A stretch of DNA of 64,000 nucleotides from Candidatus Dormiibacterota bacterium (GCA_963718525.1 OY970355.1:512001-576000), one strand, 5' to 3'. Shown: positions 1 through 11,188, counted from the stretch's first letter. The notes: a model not told the origin generated them from the letters alone. Numbers and translations: made by a program.

Positions 1-2180
1 TCGTGTCGCAGACGCGGACCGGAGCGATGGGATGGAATTCGCCGGTCGGGTCACTCACGGAGTCGGGGGCGAAATACCCCTCGACATCCGCAACCACGTC
101 GACGCTCCCGGCCGCGTTGTAGATGTTGACCTCGCGATTCGTATCCGACGGACCGTTCTGCCCAAGCGTCACCGTCACGAGATTGGCCGTGATGGTCTGC
201 GCAGCAAAGTTCAGGTTGGAGGCCTGCGGCCGGCCCGTCCCTGTCGGGTAGACGGTGAGCAGGCTGGACGTGCTGTTGTTGAACGCGGTCACGTTCACCA
301 CCACCGCCGTCGCGCTCGCCGGTATCGGGTCGGCGCCACTGGGCAGGCCGGTGACGCCCGTCAGCTGCAGCGTGCGAAGTCTCGCCGGCAGCGAGTGCCC
401 CGGCGCCGCACTGGATGCACGGTGGTGAACGCGTGTCCAGAATCCGGAAGGGGGTGACCGGGACGTATCCGGCCAGGCTGGTGTAGATGTATCCGGCCCC
501 CGATGTCAGCACGCTCGTGCCCAGTGAATCAACGACCTGCACCTGGACGTAGCCCGCGCTGTCGGCAGGTGTCGTGAACGTGAACGACGTCGCGCTGATG
601 CTCGCAGGCGTCACCGCGAGACCACCTACTGTTGCAGTCATCCCTGACAGGAACCCGGCCCCGTGAACGGTCACCGTCTGGCCGCCGGCGGTCGGACCGG
701 CTGCGGGAGTGACCGCGCTGATGTTCGGCCCGTCTGAGAACGCCTGCACCAGCGTGCCACCTTCAACGTAGATCATCCCGTTGGACGCCGAGGGGGAGGT
801 GAAGTGATTGCTGCCGCCGGTGATGGAGTGACTCGTCAGCTCATTGCCATTGGTCGCGTCGTACTGGTACATGGTGTTTCCATCACTGCCCACCGACCAC
901 ACCCCATCCCCCACCACGATGGGCGGCTTGCTCGACGCCTGACCTGTGTTGTGCCACCCCAGGGAGAAGTCGTCGGTCGATGGCGCGATCTGTACCGCCT
1001 GCAGGCCATCGCTGCATCCCACGAACACGGTCTCGACGCCGCCGACGAGGCTGTACGCCAGGCTCCCAAAGGCGGCATCACTGGTTGCGGAGCAAACGCG
1101 GTGCGAGGCGAGGCCGCCGCTCACATGGCCGAGCAGCGTGCTGTCGAGCAGGTAGCCCATGCCACTCTTGCCAACCTGAAAGACACGATTGTCGGGTAGC
1201 TGCAGGGGCGTGCTCGATCCAAGGTCGGCATCGCTTGCGTTGTCCTGGTACCAGGTCGGGCCTCCATCGTGCGTGGGGTCGGACAACCCGCTCGGAGCGA
1301 AATAGTCCTGCAGCGTCAGACTGGCCGGCGCGAGCTTGATCACGCCGTCGCTCTGGTCATACGTATCGGAACTGCTGAACTCGTTGCTGTTGCCTGTGGC
1401 GACGAAGACGTTCCCGCTCGCATCGACGGATGCGCCGCCGGCCGCCCAGATACCCGCTTCCATGTCGGTCGAACTCACCGACGCCGATGACCACCACTGG
1501 ACGGTGCCGGTCCCCGTCTCGGGATACGAGATGACGTACCCGCGATACCCGTCGGTGGGGTTGCTCCCATTGGTGCAATCACCGGCGAGGCCTCCAAGGG
1601 TCGCGTACGCCTCGCCACCGGCGACCGTGAGCGCGCCTCGCTGCTGCTGGTAGTTGGCGTCGAAGTTGATGCCAGCGCGGTTGCCGGGATTCATGTTCAC
1701 GACGCGCGTGATCGCTCCCGTCGACAGCGTGAGCGTCACCAGATCGAACTGGAACGTCGTCGGGGTGGTCTCCACCTCCGCCAGGACGTAGACATTGCCG
1801 GCGTCAATGACGGGAGTTCCGGTGATCCCCAGCGGCGTGATGTCCCCGCAGGGGAAGTTGTCCGTTCGTGGTACCGCTGTCGGCGTGGGGACGTGCTTGG
1901 TCCACACCACCGCACCCGTCGTCGCATTGAGCGAGTAGACGGTGTCGTTCTCGGTCGCGACAATGAGCTGATTGCCGTTGATGACCGGCTGACCGTACAG
2001 CTGCCCGTCGAGCGCCGCCGACGTCCACCCGACCGTCCCGCTCACCGCCTGGTCGGTCGTGTCGTCGCCCTGCCGGGTGTTGTTGCCGTGGTAGGTGGGC
2101 CAGTCGGCAGCCACCTGGGTATACGTGAGCAGCGGCCCGAGAACCGCCAGGGCGATGATCAGCCGGCGCACGCGGAGCAT
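1..2180 (-). CDS. Secreted PQQ-like beta-propeller protein with IPT/TIG domain and C-terminal RILDTR-type domain; apparent +1 frameshift at 377-378; runs off window edge
   Basis: Signal peptide (MLRVRRLIIALAV..QVAA), WPTYHGN start, PQQ-type blades, TIG motif (ISAVTPAAGPTAGGQTVTVHG). After AGET the alternative frame reads RTLQLTG..ATAVVVNVTA..SNLNF..VDVVADVEGYF..PVRVCDT to base 1. Confidence 0.8.
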
Positions 2181-2306
2181 TGTCAGGCTTGTCCGGTCAT
2201 TCGCATGGCATTCCGGTCACGGCGGCTCGCTCTCTGCCGTACCCTCTGACCCCCGAACAGCCCTGGATGGCTCCGACCCTCTGCACTTCGGATCGGCCTC
2301 GGCTGC

Positions 2307-4022
2307 ATGCGTCTGCCCACGGACGCGGCAGGCGGCGACGGGGTCGCATACGACACCATCGCGGCCGCCGCGCGGGCCGGGATCACGATCTTCGACACGG
2401 CGCACGCGTATGGCGCCCGCGATACAGCCTCCGGGGAGAACGAGCGCATGGTCGCTCGCGCGCTCCGCAGGTGCGATGCCGCCGGGCGGGCGAAGATCAT
2501 CACCAAGGGTGGGATGACCCGCATCGGCGACGGCTGGTTTCCGGACGGCCGCGCGAGCGCGATTCTCGCCGGCTGCGAGGCAAGCCTTGCGGCGCTGGAC
2601 GGCCTGGCCATCGATCTGTTCCTCATCCACGCGCCAGATCCGAGGACGCCCTGGGCGACCTCGGTCCGCGCGCTCGGGCGGTTGCTTGATCAGCGCTCTG
2701 TCGCTCACGTCGGGCTGTCGAATGTCAACCGACGGCAGCTCGAGGAGGCCACCGAGCTCGTGGAGGTCACGGCGGTCGAGGTCGCCCTGAGCGTGTTCGA
2801 CGACAGCGCCGTACGAGGCGGGCTGCTCGACTTCTGTGAGGACCGCGGGATCACTGTCATCGCCCATTCACCGCTCGGCGGCCCGCGACGAGCGCGTTCA
2901 ATTGCGCGGCGAGCCGAGCTGCGAGACATCGCAAACGCTCGAGGTGCGACACCTGAAGAGGTTGCGCTCACGTGGGTCCTCGATCTGTCTCCGGCGGTGA
3001 TCGCGATCCCCGGAGCGCGCCGCCCGGAAACGGCCCGATCGGCTGCCCGTGCGGCAAGCCTCGCGCTCGATCCGATGGAACAGGCACTCGTCAGGACGGG
3101 CTTCGGTTGGCCGCAGCCGCGGCGAGCCGGCGCGGCATCGATACCCGGCGACGACGGGGAGGTCGTCGTGATCATGGGGATCCCGGGCGCGGGCAAGAGC
3201 CGCCATGCCGAGGACTACGTCGCTCGCGGGTACCTTCGCCTCAACCGTGATGAGCGCGGGGGGTCGCTCCGCCTGATCAACGAGGCAATCGACGAGGCGC
3301 TCGCGTCGGGAACACGCCGGATCGTGCTCGACAACACCTACCTGACCCGCGGCGTGCGCAGCCACGTTCTCGAGGCGGCGGCGCACCATCGCCTGGGAGT
3401 CCGCTGCATCTGGATGGATACGCCGCTCGCGCAGGCGCAGGTCAACATGGTGGAGCGTCTCCTGGACCGCTACGGCACGTTGCCGGCACCGGAAGCTTTG
3501 CGCCTGCTGGAACGCCGCGAGCCTGGAATCCTGACGCCGACCAGGCAGATGAGCGCGTTTCGCCAGCTCGAACCGCCGTCAACCGACGAGGGGTTCAGCG
3601 CGGTCGAGCGGATCCCTTTTACCCGCAACCCGGCGCGGTCGCCGGGTGCCCGATCGGATAGTGCCGGCGGAATGTTCGTGGCAGCCGCAGCGCTCGCGCA
3701 CCCGGACTGGCAGCGGGCGGTCGCGCTCGGGGACCCCAGCGCCGTGCATCTCCTCTTCGAGTGGCGACCTGGCGCGGCCCTCGACGTCCTCGATGACGGA
3801 GCGGCGCGACTCTCAGCCGAGGTCGCGGGAGGCGTGATGCGTGCTCTGTGTCCACACCCGGGTGGGCCGCCGGTGTGCTGGTGCCGGCCACCGCTGCCGG
3901 GCCTGATCCTCGCATTCGCACGAAACCATGGCGTCGACGTGTCGCGATCTGCGCTGGTCGGCGCTGGACCCGCACACCACACGCTCGCCAGAACTCTCGG
4001 GGTTCGCTATCTCCCTGTCTGA
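2307..4022 (+). CDS. Aldo/keto reductase fused to P-loop (PNK-like) kinase and degenerate GmhB/HAD-like domain; true start probably ATG 2267
   Basis: FDTAHAYG, TKGG, HAPD, GLSN (AKR); GIPGAGKS, LNRD, DNTY (kinase); CPHPGGPPVCWCRPPLPG. In-frame IGLGC lies upstream of Met 2307. Confidence 0.85.
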   Translation: MRLPTDAAGGDGVAYDTIAAAARAGITIFDTAHAYGARDTASGENERMVARALRRCDAAGRAKIITKGGMTRIGDGWFPDGRASAILAGCEASLAALDGLAIDLFLIHAPDPRTPWATSVRALGRLLDQRSVAHVGLSNVNRRQLEEATELVEVTAVEVALSVFDDSAVRGGLLDFCEDRGITVIAHSPLGGPRRARSIARRAELRDIANARGATPEEVALTWVLDLSPAVIAIPGARRPETARSAARAASLALDPMEQALVRTGFGWPQPRRAGAASIPGDDGEVVVIMGIPGAGKSRHAEDYVARGYLRLNRDERGGSLRLINEAIDEALASGTRRIVLDNTYLTRGVRSHVLEAAAHHRLGVRCIWMDTPLAQAQVNMVERLLDRYGTLPAPEALRLLERREPGILTPTRQMSAFRQLEPPSTDEGFSAVERIPFTRNPARSPGARSDSAGGMFVAAAALAHPDWQRAVALGDPSAVHLLFEWRPGAALDVLDDGAARLSAEVAGGVMRALCPHPGGPPVCWCRPPLPGLILAFARNHGVDVSRSALVGAGPAHHTLARTLGVRYLPV

Positions 4023-4059
4023 CCTGCACGCCCGGTTGAGGAACTGCGAGAGTTGGCGG

Positions 4060-4800
4060 GTGTCGGAGCACTACGGGGCTCGCTTCTTCGGGGAGCGCGA
4101 GGCGGCGATCTACGACTCGCACGAAGCGGCGATGTTCGATCCCGAAATCGTGACGCCGGTGGTGGACACACTCGCCTCCCTCGCCGGAGACGGCGCCGCG
4201 CTTGAGATGGGCATCGGCACGGGCCGTGTCGCCCTGCCACTTGCGGAACGGGGTGTCCGCGTGCAGGGAATCGACGTTTCAGCGGCGATGGTGGCGCGAC
4301 TGCGCGCCAAACCGGGCAGCGACAGGATCGAGGTTGCGATCGGTGACTTTGCGACCACCCGCGTCGATGGACAGTTCGCGCTCGTCTATCTGATCTTCAA
4401 CACGATCTTCAACCTCAAGACGCAGGACGAGCAGGTGGTCTGCTTCGAGAACGCGGCCGCTCATCTCATCAGCGGCGGTCACTTTGTGATCGAGCTCGGC
4501 GTCCCTGACCTGCAGCGACTTCCACCCGGTCAGAACGTTTTCACGTATCACGTCGACGCTCGCAGTATGTCGTTCGACGTCTACGACGTCGTCACGCAGG
4601 GGTTGACCTCCAACCATTTCATCATCGAAGACGGGAGGGTGAGCTCGTATCCGGTCGAAGGGCGTTACGTCTGGCCGTCGGAACTGGACCTCATGGCGCG
4701 CCTGGCAGGCATGCGTCTCCGAGAGCGCTGGGGTGGTTGGAAACGTGAGCCGTTCACGAATCTCAGTGCGGCGCACGTGTCCGTGTACCAAAAGCCCTGA
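4060..4800 (+). CDS. Class I SAM-dependent methyltransferase
   Basis: LEMGIGTGR motif I, GIDVS; GTG 4060 chosen to avoid overlap with the upstream gene. Confidence 0.85.
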   Translation: MSEHYGARFFGEREAAIYDSHEAAMFDPEIVTPVVDTLASLAGDGAALEMGIGTGRVALPLAERGVRVQGIDVSAAMVARLRAKPGSDRIEVAIGDFATTRVDGQFALVYLIFNTIFNLKTQDEQVVCFENAAAHLISGGHFVIELGVPDLQRLPPGQNVFTYHVDARSMSFDVYDVVTQGLTSNHFIIEDGRVSSYPVEGRYVWPSELDLMARLAGMRLRERWGGWKREPFTNLSAAHVSVYQKP

Positions 4801-4848
4801 GGCACCCCGCGCGCGATACCGGAGGGCCAGCACCACTGCGGCACCTTG

Positions 4849-5145
4849 TTACGGGTGCGACGGTGCAGGCGGCGCCCCTTCGACCTCGAACAGGAGGTCA
4901 TCCAGGTAGCAGTAGTACCAGTCCTCTCCGGGCTCGTACGAGCGGATGATCGGATGGCCGATCGCATGGAAGTGCTTGGTGGCGTGCTTTCCGGGAGAGT
5001 TGTCACAGCACCCGACGTGCCCGCATTCCTGGCACACGCGCAGGTGCACCCAATCGTGCCGCCCCGCAGCGAGACATTCGACACAACCGGGTCCCGACGG
5101 TACGACGTCGAGGATCTGGTCGAGATGCCCACAGACTTCGATCAT
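4849..5145 (-). CDS. UBP-type zinc finger protein
   Basis: CGHL, CVEC, WVHLRVCQECGHVGCCDNS, HATKHF; ATGA overlap with upstream gene. Confidence 0.9.
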   Translation of the reverse strand: MIEVCGHLDQILDVVPSGPGCVECLAAGRHDWVHLRVCQECGHVGCCDNSPGKHATKHFHAIGHPIIRSYEPGEDWYYCYLDDLLFEVEGAPPAPSHP

Positions 5146-6083
5146 GTCGGTCTCCTTGACGGGTGATGACTGGAGGGCGCAACGGGTTCACTGAAGTTCG
5201 TCAACTCGGGGCTCCACCCCAACAGCTTCGCGGCACCGCCGTATGACGCGGTCAGAAACGCGCGGATCGAGCGGCGTGGATCCGAGGATGAGAGTGCCGC
5301 GTCATACGGAAAGAGAAACTCACCTGCGTCCGCGCTCCACGCAGCTCCGGGCGGCTCCAGCCTCACCCCCTCGATGCCGTGAGGCGCCGGGTGCGCATAT
5401 GAGAAGAACGTCGGGGCCGCCACACGATGATCTCCGGGCCACCATCCCGTGCAGATCTGTTCTGCGTCCGAACTGAAGCGACTGATGAGACTGTCGCCCG
5501 GCAGCGGATCCGCAGAACGCCCGGAGTATCGCGTCACCGCGAGGTCGAACGTTCCCCAGAAGAAGTGGACCGGCGAGGTCCGGCCCTGAAAGTGCGCGCG
5601 ATGCTCCTTCATCACCAGGTCGATCATCGAGAGCACGCGATGAAAGCGCTTCGCCTGGGCAGCATCGTAGGTTGCGTGAGTGCGGTCCTCGGGAAACGGA
5701 ATGGGATCAGGAACCTCAGAGGGGATCACCGAGATGCTGACGTCGATTCCCATGCGTCGCAGCGCCTCCATCACGTCGTTGTAGAAGTCGGCGACAGGTC
5801 CACCCAGCGGACGGCGCTGCGATTGACCGTCGCTGGTGCGGAGCAGCAACGAATGGTCGTGGAGATCGAACTCGGCATCGAACGAGCGCAGACGGAACGG
5901 GACGGGGGAGGTTGTGAGTCCGCGAGGGGTGACGTAGAGCGGCACGTTCGCCCAGCCCGGCTCGAAGGGGCTCAGCGCCAGGCGCAGCTTGCCGATCACC
6001 TGCGTGTACATGTGCAAGGTGTCTCGGGTGTCACGCCACTCGGCGTATGGCAGAGCCAGCCACTCCCCGGAGGCGTCGCCCAT
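5142..6083 (-). CDS. DUF5996-like protein
   Basis: WRDTRDTLHMYTQVIGK, SPVHFFWGTFDLAVTRYSGR, GWWPG. Confidence 0.8.
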   Translation of the reverse strand: MGDASGEWLALPYAEWRDTRDTLHMYTQVIGKLRLALSPFEPGWANVPLYVTPRGLTTSPVPFRLRSFDAEFDLHDHSLLLRTSDGQSQRRPLGGPVADFYNDVMEALRRMGIDVSISVIPSEVPDPIPFPEDRTHATYDAAQAKRFHRVLSMIDLVMKEHRAHFQGRTSPVHFFWGTFDLAVTRYSGRSADPLPGDSLISRFSSDAEQICTGWWPGDHRVAAPTFFSYAHPAPHGIEGVRLEPPGAAWSADAGEFLFPYDAALSSSDPRRSIRAFLTASYGGAAKLLGWSPELTNFSEPVAPSSHHPSRRPT

Positions 6084-6168
6084 CCTCACATGATGATGCT
6101 GCGGTACTCGCGCGTGGCGGCCGGCGACCGTTGTGGCTCGTCGCTCGGGAGGCTACTGTGGCGGCGGC

Positions 6169-7776
6169 GTGAGCGAGGTACCCACACAGGCCCACCCTGA
6201 AGCTCGTGCATCCACCTGGTCGCCGCTGCGATATGGGGTGTTTCGAGCAATCTGGCTCGCGGTCCTGGTCAGCAACATCGGCCTCTGGATGCAGACGGTC
6301 GGCGCCCAGTGGTTGCTCGTCGAGCAGCCACATGCCTCGATCCTTGTGGCTCTCGTGCAAACCGCGGACATGCTGCCCGACGTGATCTTCGGCGTCGTCG
6401 GAGGCGTGCTGGCTGACTTGTTCGATCGGCGCCGGCTCCTCATCGCGGTGCAGTCCTTCATGGCGGTCGTGGGGATCGCGCTCACGGTGCTGACCATCGC
6501 CGGTCAGATGCCACCGGCGCTGCTGCTCACATTCACGTTCGTCCTCGGCTCAGGCTCTGTGATCTCGCTCCCGGCGTATCAGTCGCTGATTCCAGACCTG
6601 GTTCCCCGAGCCGAGCTCGCCGCCGCGTCGACCCTGGGGTCGATCAGCGTCAACCTCGCGAGAGCGATCGGACCCGCGATTGCGGGCCTGCTCATCGCCA
6701 GAATCGGCGTCGGGGCTGTCTTCGCGATCAACGCGGGGGCGTTTCTGGCGTACGCCATCATCGTCGCCGCCTGGCATCCCAGCGAAGGGTCCTCGACGCA
6801 ACTTCCCGAGCGGTTTGTCTCCGCGCTCCGTGCGGGCGGCCGGTACGTCCGCTACTCGCCGGTGATGCGCCGGATGCTGCTGCGCACGTCGCTGTTCCTG
6901 GTGCCGGGCAGCGCTCTGTGGGCGCTCCTGCCGCTCGTGGCGACTCAGCGCCTGCAGCTCGGCGCGGGCGGCTATGGGCTGCTGCTCGGGGCGCTCGGCG
7001 TTGGCGCGGTCGCGGGCTCATTCCTCCTGCCTCGTCTTCGCGCGCAGCTATCGCCGAACCGTCTGCTGGTTGTCTCAAGCGTCGTGTACGCGGCGGTCAT
7101 GGTCGCGGTCGTGCTCATTCCCAATGCTGTCGTGGCGGTGGTGGTCCTGCTCCCGGCTGGGCTTGCATGGATCACCGTGCTCTCAACGATGAACGCGTCA
7201 TTGCAACTCTTCCTTCCCGAGTGGGTGCGTGCCCGAGGCCTTTCGGTGTATCTGAGCGTGCTGTTCGGCAGCCAGGCGGTCGGAGCCGTCGCCTGGGGTG
7301 TGGTCGCGGCGCCGGAGGGCGTGGTGCCCGCGTACCTGGCAGCCGCCGCGCTGATGCTCGGCGGCGCCGCCACCATCGCGATCTGGCCGCTGATCGACAC
7401 GGCGGCAATGGACCGCCAGACGGTTGCTCTGTCGGAGCCGCAGCTTGCCCTCGACGCCGCACCCGACGAGGGGCCGGTCGTGGTGAGCATCACCTACACA
7501 ATCGCGGCCGACCGGGAGGCGGCGTTCCTGAAGGCCATGATCCGCGTGCGCTTGTCGAGGCTCCGCACCGGGGCCTCGCAGTGGGGCCTCTTCCGCAATG
7601 GTGAGACGGCGCACGAATTCGTCGAGCTCTTCGTCGTGGCCTCCTGGGACGAGCACCTGCGCCAGCACACCGATCGCTTGACCGGGACCGACGCGGAATA
7701 TCTCGACGATGCGAGGTCGCTGTCAGATCCACCCCCGCGCACATCGCACCTGATCGCAGCGGAACCCCCGGACTGA
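6169..7776 (+). CDS. MFS transporter (MFS_3/DUF894-type) with C-terminal soluble ABM-like domain
   Basis: SNIGLWMQTVG, LADLFDRRRLL, NLARAIGPA, about 12 TM helices; C-terminal SWDEHLRQH. Confidence 0.88.
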   Translation: MSEVPTQAHPEARASTWSPLRYGVFRAIWLAVLVSNIGLWMQTVGAQWLLVEQPHASILVALVQTADMLPDVIFGVVGGVLADLFDRRRLLIAVQSFMAVVGIALTVLTIAGQMPPALLLTFTFVLGSGSVISLPAYQSLIPDLVPRAELAAASTLGSISVNLARAIGPAIAGLLIARIGVGAVFAINAGAFLAYAIIVAAWHPSEGSSTQLPERFVSALRAGGRYVRYSPVMRRMLLRTSLFLVPGSALWALLPLVATQRLQLGAGGYGLLLGALGVGAVAGSFLLPRLRAQLSPNRLLVVSSVVYAAVMVAVVLIPNAVVAVVVLLPAGLAWITVLSTMNASLQLFLPEWVRARGLSVYLSVLFGSQAVGAVAWGVVAAPEGVVPAYLAAAALMLGGAATIAIWPLIDTAAMDRQTVALSEPQLALDAAPDEGPVVVSITYTIAADREAAFLKAMIRVRLSRLRTGASQWGLFRNGETAHEFVELFVVASWDEHLRQHTDRLTGTDAEYLDDARSLSDPPPRTSHLIAAEPPD

Positions 7777-7805
7777 GTGCTCGTTCGGTCGGGCGCGGGG
7801 GGCGC

Positions 7806-8096
7806 TCAGCTCGCGGCGGTCGTGTCCCGCATCTCGAGCCAGACGAGCCCCTGCAAACCCATTCGGAATCGTCCATCGGCACGCACGACCACCATCAGCA
7901 CGCTCTCGCAGCTGGCGCACCTCAGGACTGCCCCCGGCGAGAGCGGGAACATGTACAGATGCTGGGCGCCCAGCTCGCCGACGGCACCGCACGACGCGCA
8001 TGCACCGCGCGCTGCGGTGATCTCGTGAACGAAGAGTTCCTGCAGCAGGCCGGCCGCGGCATTGCCGTCGAGCCTCAACTCCTGGTCGCTGATCAT
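7806..8096 (-). CDS. DUF6510-like small zinc-binding protein
   Basis: LDGNAAAG, CASCG..LRCASC; last gene of oxidoreductase operon. Confidence 0.75.
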   Translation of the reverse strand: MISDQELRLDGNAAAGLLQELFVHEITAARGACASCGAVGELGAQHLYMFPLSPGAVLRCASCESVLMVVVRADGRFRMGLQGLVWLEMRDTTAAS

Positions 8097-8825
8097 CCTG
8101 TCATCCTCCGGTTGGCCCAAACCGCTCGGTCTTGATGCGCGCGGGGTCGTGTCCGAGATTCACGAGTGCGTCCGCGACGGACTCCACAAGGGGCGTCGGC
8201 CCGCAGACAAAGACCAGGGGTCGCTCGCCTGGCGGCCATGCAACCGCACGGAGCATCTCGGTGTCGATACGCCGCTGATAGCCGTCCCAACCCTCCGGGT
8301 GCGCGCGGGTCAGCGTGTGGACGACCTCCAGCCCGGTGTGCGTCGCGACCAGCGCATCGAGCTCGGCGCGGTAGATGACGTCCTCCAGGGAACGGGACGA
8401 GTACAGCAATCGAGCCGGAACAGTGCTGCCGGCAATCTGACGAAGCCGGAGCATCGCCATCAGCGGACAGATGCCGGAGCCACCGGCCACCAGGAGCAGT
8501 GGACCCCCCAGGGGCACGTCCCACACAAAGTACCCACCGATCGGACCGCGCAGCTCCAGCTGGTCGCTGACACGCAGCTCGCCCGTGAGGTACGGCGACA
8601 CCTCGCCGTCATCCAGACGCTCAACGGTCAGCGCCAGTCGATCGTCGGCACCCGGCGCGGATGCTATCGAGTAGCTGCGTTCGGCCTGGTAACCGTCATC
8701 AGCCGTCAGGCGCACATCCACGTGCTGCCCAGCGCGATGTCCTGGCCATCCGGGGACCGACAGCACGAGCGTCCTCACCTGCGGGGTTTCGTCGACGATC
8801 TCGACGACCGGAGCGGTTCGCCAGA

Positions 8826-9431
<606 letters not shown>

Positions 9432-9662
9432 GCAACCACCTCCACGCCGGCAATTGTGAGCGGCCTCAGAACCTGCTGCAAGGCCGGCCTGGATCTGCTC
9501 GCGACACGTGTCCCTCCGTCCGGGTGGTTTGGCGATGCCCGATTAGGGTATGGTGATGGCATCGCCTCGAATCTCGAGGGGTATCGCTCGTGGTCGTCAT
9601 TCCTTCTCGAACGGACGCGCTGCGTCTGTCATAGAGAATGAGAAGGATTTGGAGAGACCAGA

Positions 9663-9863
9663 ATGACTGGTACCGTAAAGAAGATCGTCGCCGAACGCGG
9701 CTTCGGCTTCATCACCGCCGAGGATGGACAGGAGTATTTCTTCCATCGCAGTGGACTTGACAGTTCGCTGACATTCGAAAATCTCGCGGGCGAAGAGCGC
9801 GTGAGCTTCGAGATCGAGCGGAGCGACAAGGGCCCGCGTGCCCGCCAGGTCCGGGCGGCCTGA
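9663..9863 (+). CDS. Cold-shock (CspA family) protein
   Basis: RGFGFI (RNP1), YFFHRS (RNP2), KGPRA; GGAG RBS at 9651. Confidence 0.95.
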   Translation: MTGTVKKIVAERGFGFITAEDGQEYFFHRSGLDSSLTFENLAGEERVSFEIERSDKGPRARQVRAA

Positions 9864-9875
9864 TCCTCGCTTCGT

Positions 9876-9926
9876 GAGGTATCCCGGTCGTCGCCGATTC
9901 GTCGGCGATGGCCGGAACCTCGCTTT
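9876..9926 (+). terminator. Hairpin downstream of csp gene, probable terminator
   Basis: ccggtcgtcgccga-TTCG-tcggcgatggccgg stem (9884-9915, two G-U pairs), flanked by gaggt/acctc, short T run. Confidence 0.6.
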
Positions 9927-9944
9927 CGCCTAGAGTGAACGCTC

Positions 9945-10166
9945 ATGGCGGACGAAACCCTGGACCGTTCGGCGACCCCGAGCGATCCCGAAACAGCTGA
10001 ATCCGGCGCCGACGTCATCGAGGAGGAGGACCATCCGGCGGATGACAGCTTCCTGCTCGGCGTGCCAGGTGTCGAGGAGGAGGTGCTCGCGGAGCTGGCT
10101 CGTGCAGAAGCGAGCCTGCATGACCCCGAGCTCCCCGCGGATGAGAGTGACGGCTCTGTCGTGTGA
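9945..10166 (+). CDS. Small acidic hypothetical protein
   Basis: 73 aa, D/E-rich; TAGAGT 8 nt upstream of ATG; GTGA overlap with next gene. Confidence 0.55.
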   Translation: MADETLDRSATPSDPETAESGADVIEEEDHPADDSFLLGVPGVEEEVLAELARAEASLHDPELPADESDGSVV

Positions 10167-11188
10167 CGCGTGAGCGCATAGACCTGGTGCCGGAGGCGAC
10201 GCGCCGGAAGCTGCCGATCCCGATCCGGCGCGTGTTGACTGTGGTCATCGGGCTGGCGGGCATCGCCGCCGTGATCCTCTTCCTCAACCCATCTCGGGTG
10301 GGCAGCGCGTTGGAGCATTTTCAACTGGGGCTCATCGCTCCGATCCTGCTGCTCTCAATGCTCGTCTACATCCTGCAGGGGATTCGATGGCATTTCCTGC
10401 TGGTCGACATCGGCAGCAAGCTCCGTTTGCGCGACACCATCCTCATCAACCTCGCGGGCCAGACCATCACCGCGCTCGTCCCGCTGGGCGATCTCACGCG
10501 CGCGGCGTTTGCCAGCGCTGCTGACGGCATCGACTTCGGCACCGTCGCGGCCACGGTCACGGTGCAGGAGCTTTCATACATGCTCTGGCTCATCCTCGCT
10601 GCGCTGCCGGCAATACTCGCGCTCGGTTATGGGCTCGCGGCGGTGATCCCCGTTGCGCTGGGCATCGCGTTGATCATGGTCGTGCTCACCGTTTCGCCGG
10701 TGTTTTGCCGGCTTCACGACCTCGTTGCGCACATACCGTTTCTCAACAAGCTGCTTCCGGCCATCGAGGAGCTGCAGCAGGAGACCTCCATGCTGCTGCA
10801 CCGTCGCGACGCCCTCGCACTCTCAGTGCTCGACGCCGCTCGAGTCGTTGTCGCCGTCACGACGTTCTGGCTGGTGCTCCAGGGGTTGGAGCCTGGCAAG
10901 GCCGGCTGGTGGCAGGCTGCGTTCGTGCTCGCACTTGCAACCGTCGGCGGCGCCGTGAGTCTCATCCCCGGTGGCGTGGGAGCGAACGAGGCGAGCGTTG
11001 CCGCGCTCCTCATCTTTCTCGGATTCAACTCGGGAAGCGCCGGGGCGGCGGCCATCATCCAGCGCGGGCTCATGACCGGCCTGTCGCTCATCGTCGGCTT
11101 CGGCGCGTACGCCATGATCAACAAGCGCCTGCACCTGGGAGGGATCTTCCAGGTGTTCACACGACGGCCGGCTCCAGCTCGGGCGTAG
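10163..11188 (+). CDS. Lysylphosphatidylglycerol synthase TM domain (UPF0104 flippase-like) protein
   Basis: IRWHFLL, GDLTRA, IPGGVGANE, multiple TM helices. Confidence 0.8.
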   Translation: MTRERIDLVPEATRRKLPIPIRRVLTVVIGLAGIAAVILFLNPSRVGSALEHFQLGLIAPILLLSMLVYILQGIRWHFLLVDIGSKLRLRDTILINLAGQTITALVPLGDLTRAAFASAADGIDFGTVAATVTVQELSYMLWLILAALPAILALGYGLAAVIPVALGIALIMVVLTVSPVFCRLHDLVAHIPFLNKLLPAIEELQQETSMLLHRRDALALSVLDAARVVVAVTTFWLVLQGLEPGKAGWWQAAFVLALATVGGAVSLIPGGVGANEASVAALLIFLGFNSGSAGAAAIIQRGLMTGLSLIVGFGAYAMINKRLHLGGIFQVFTRRPAPARA

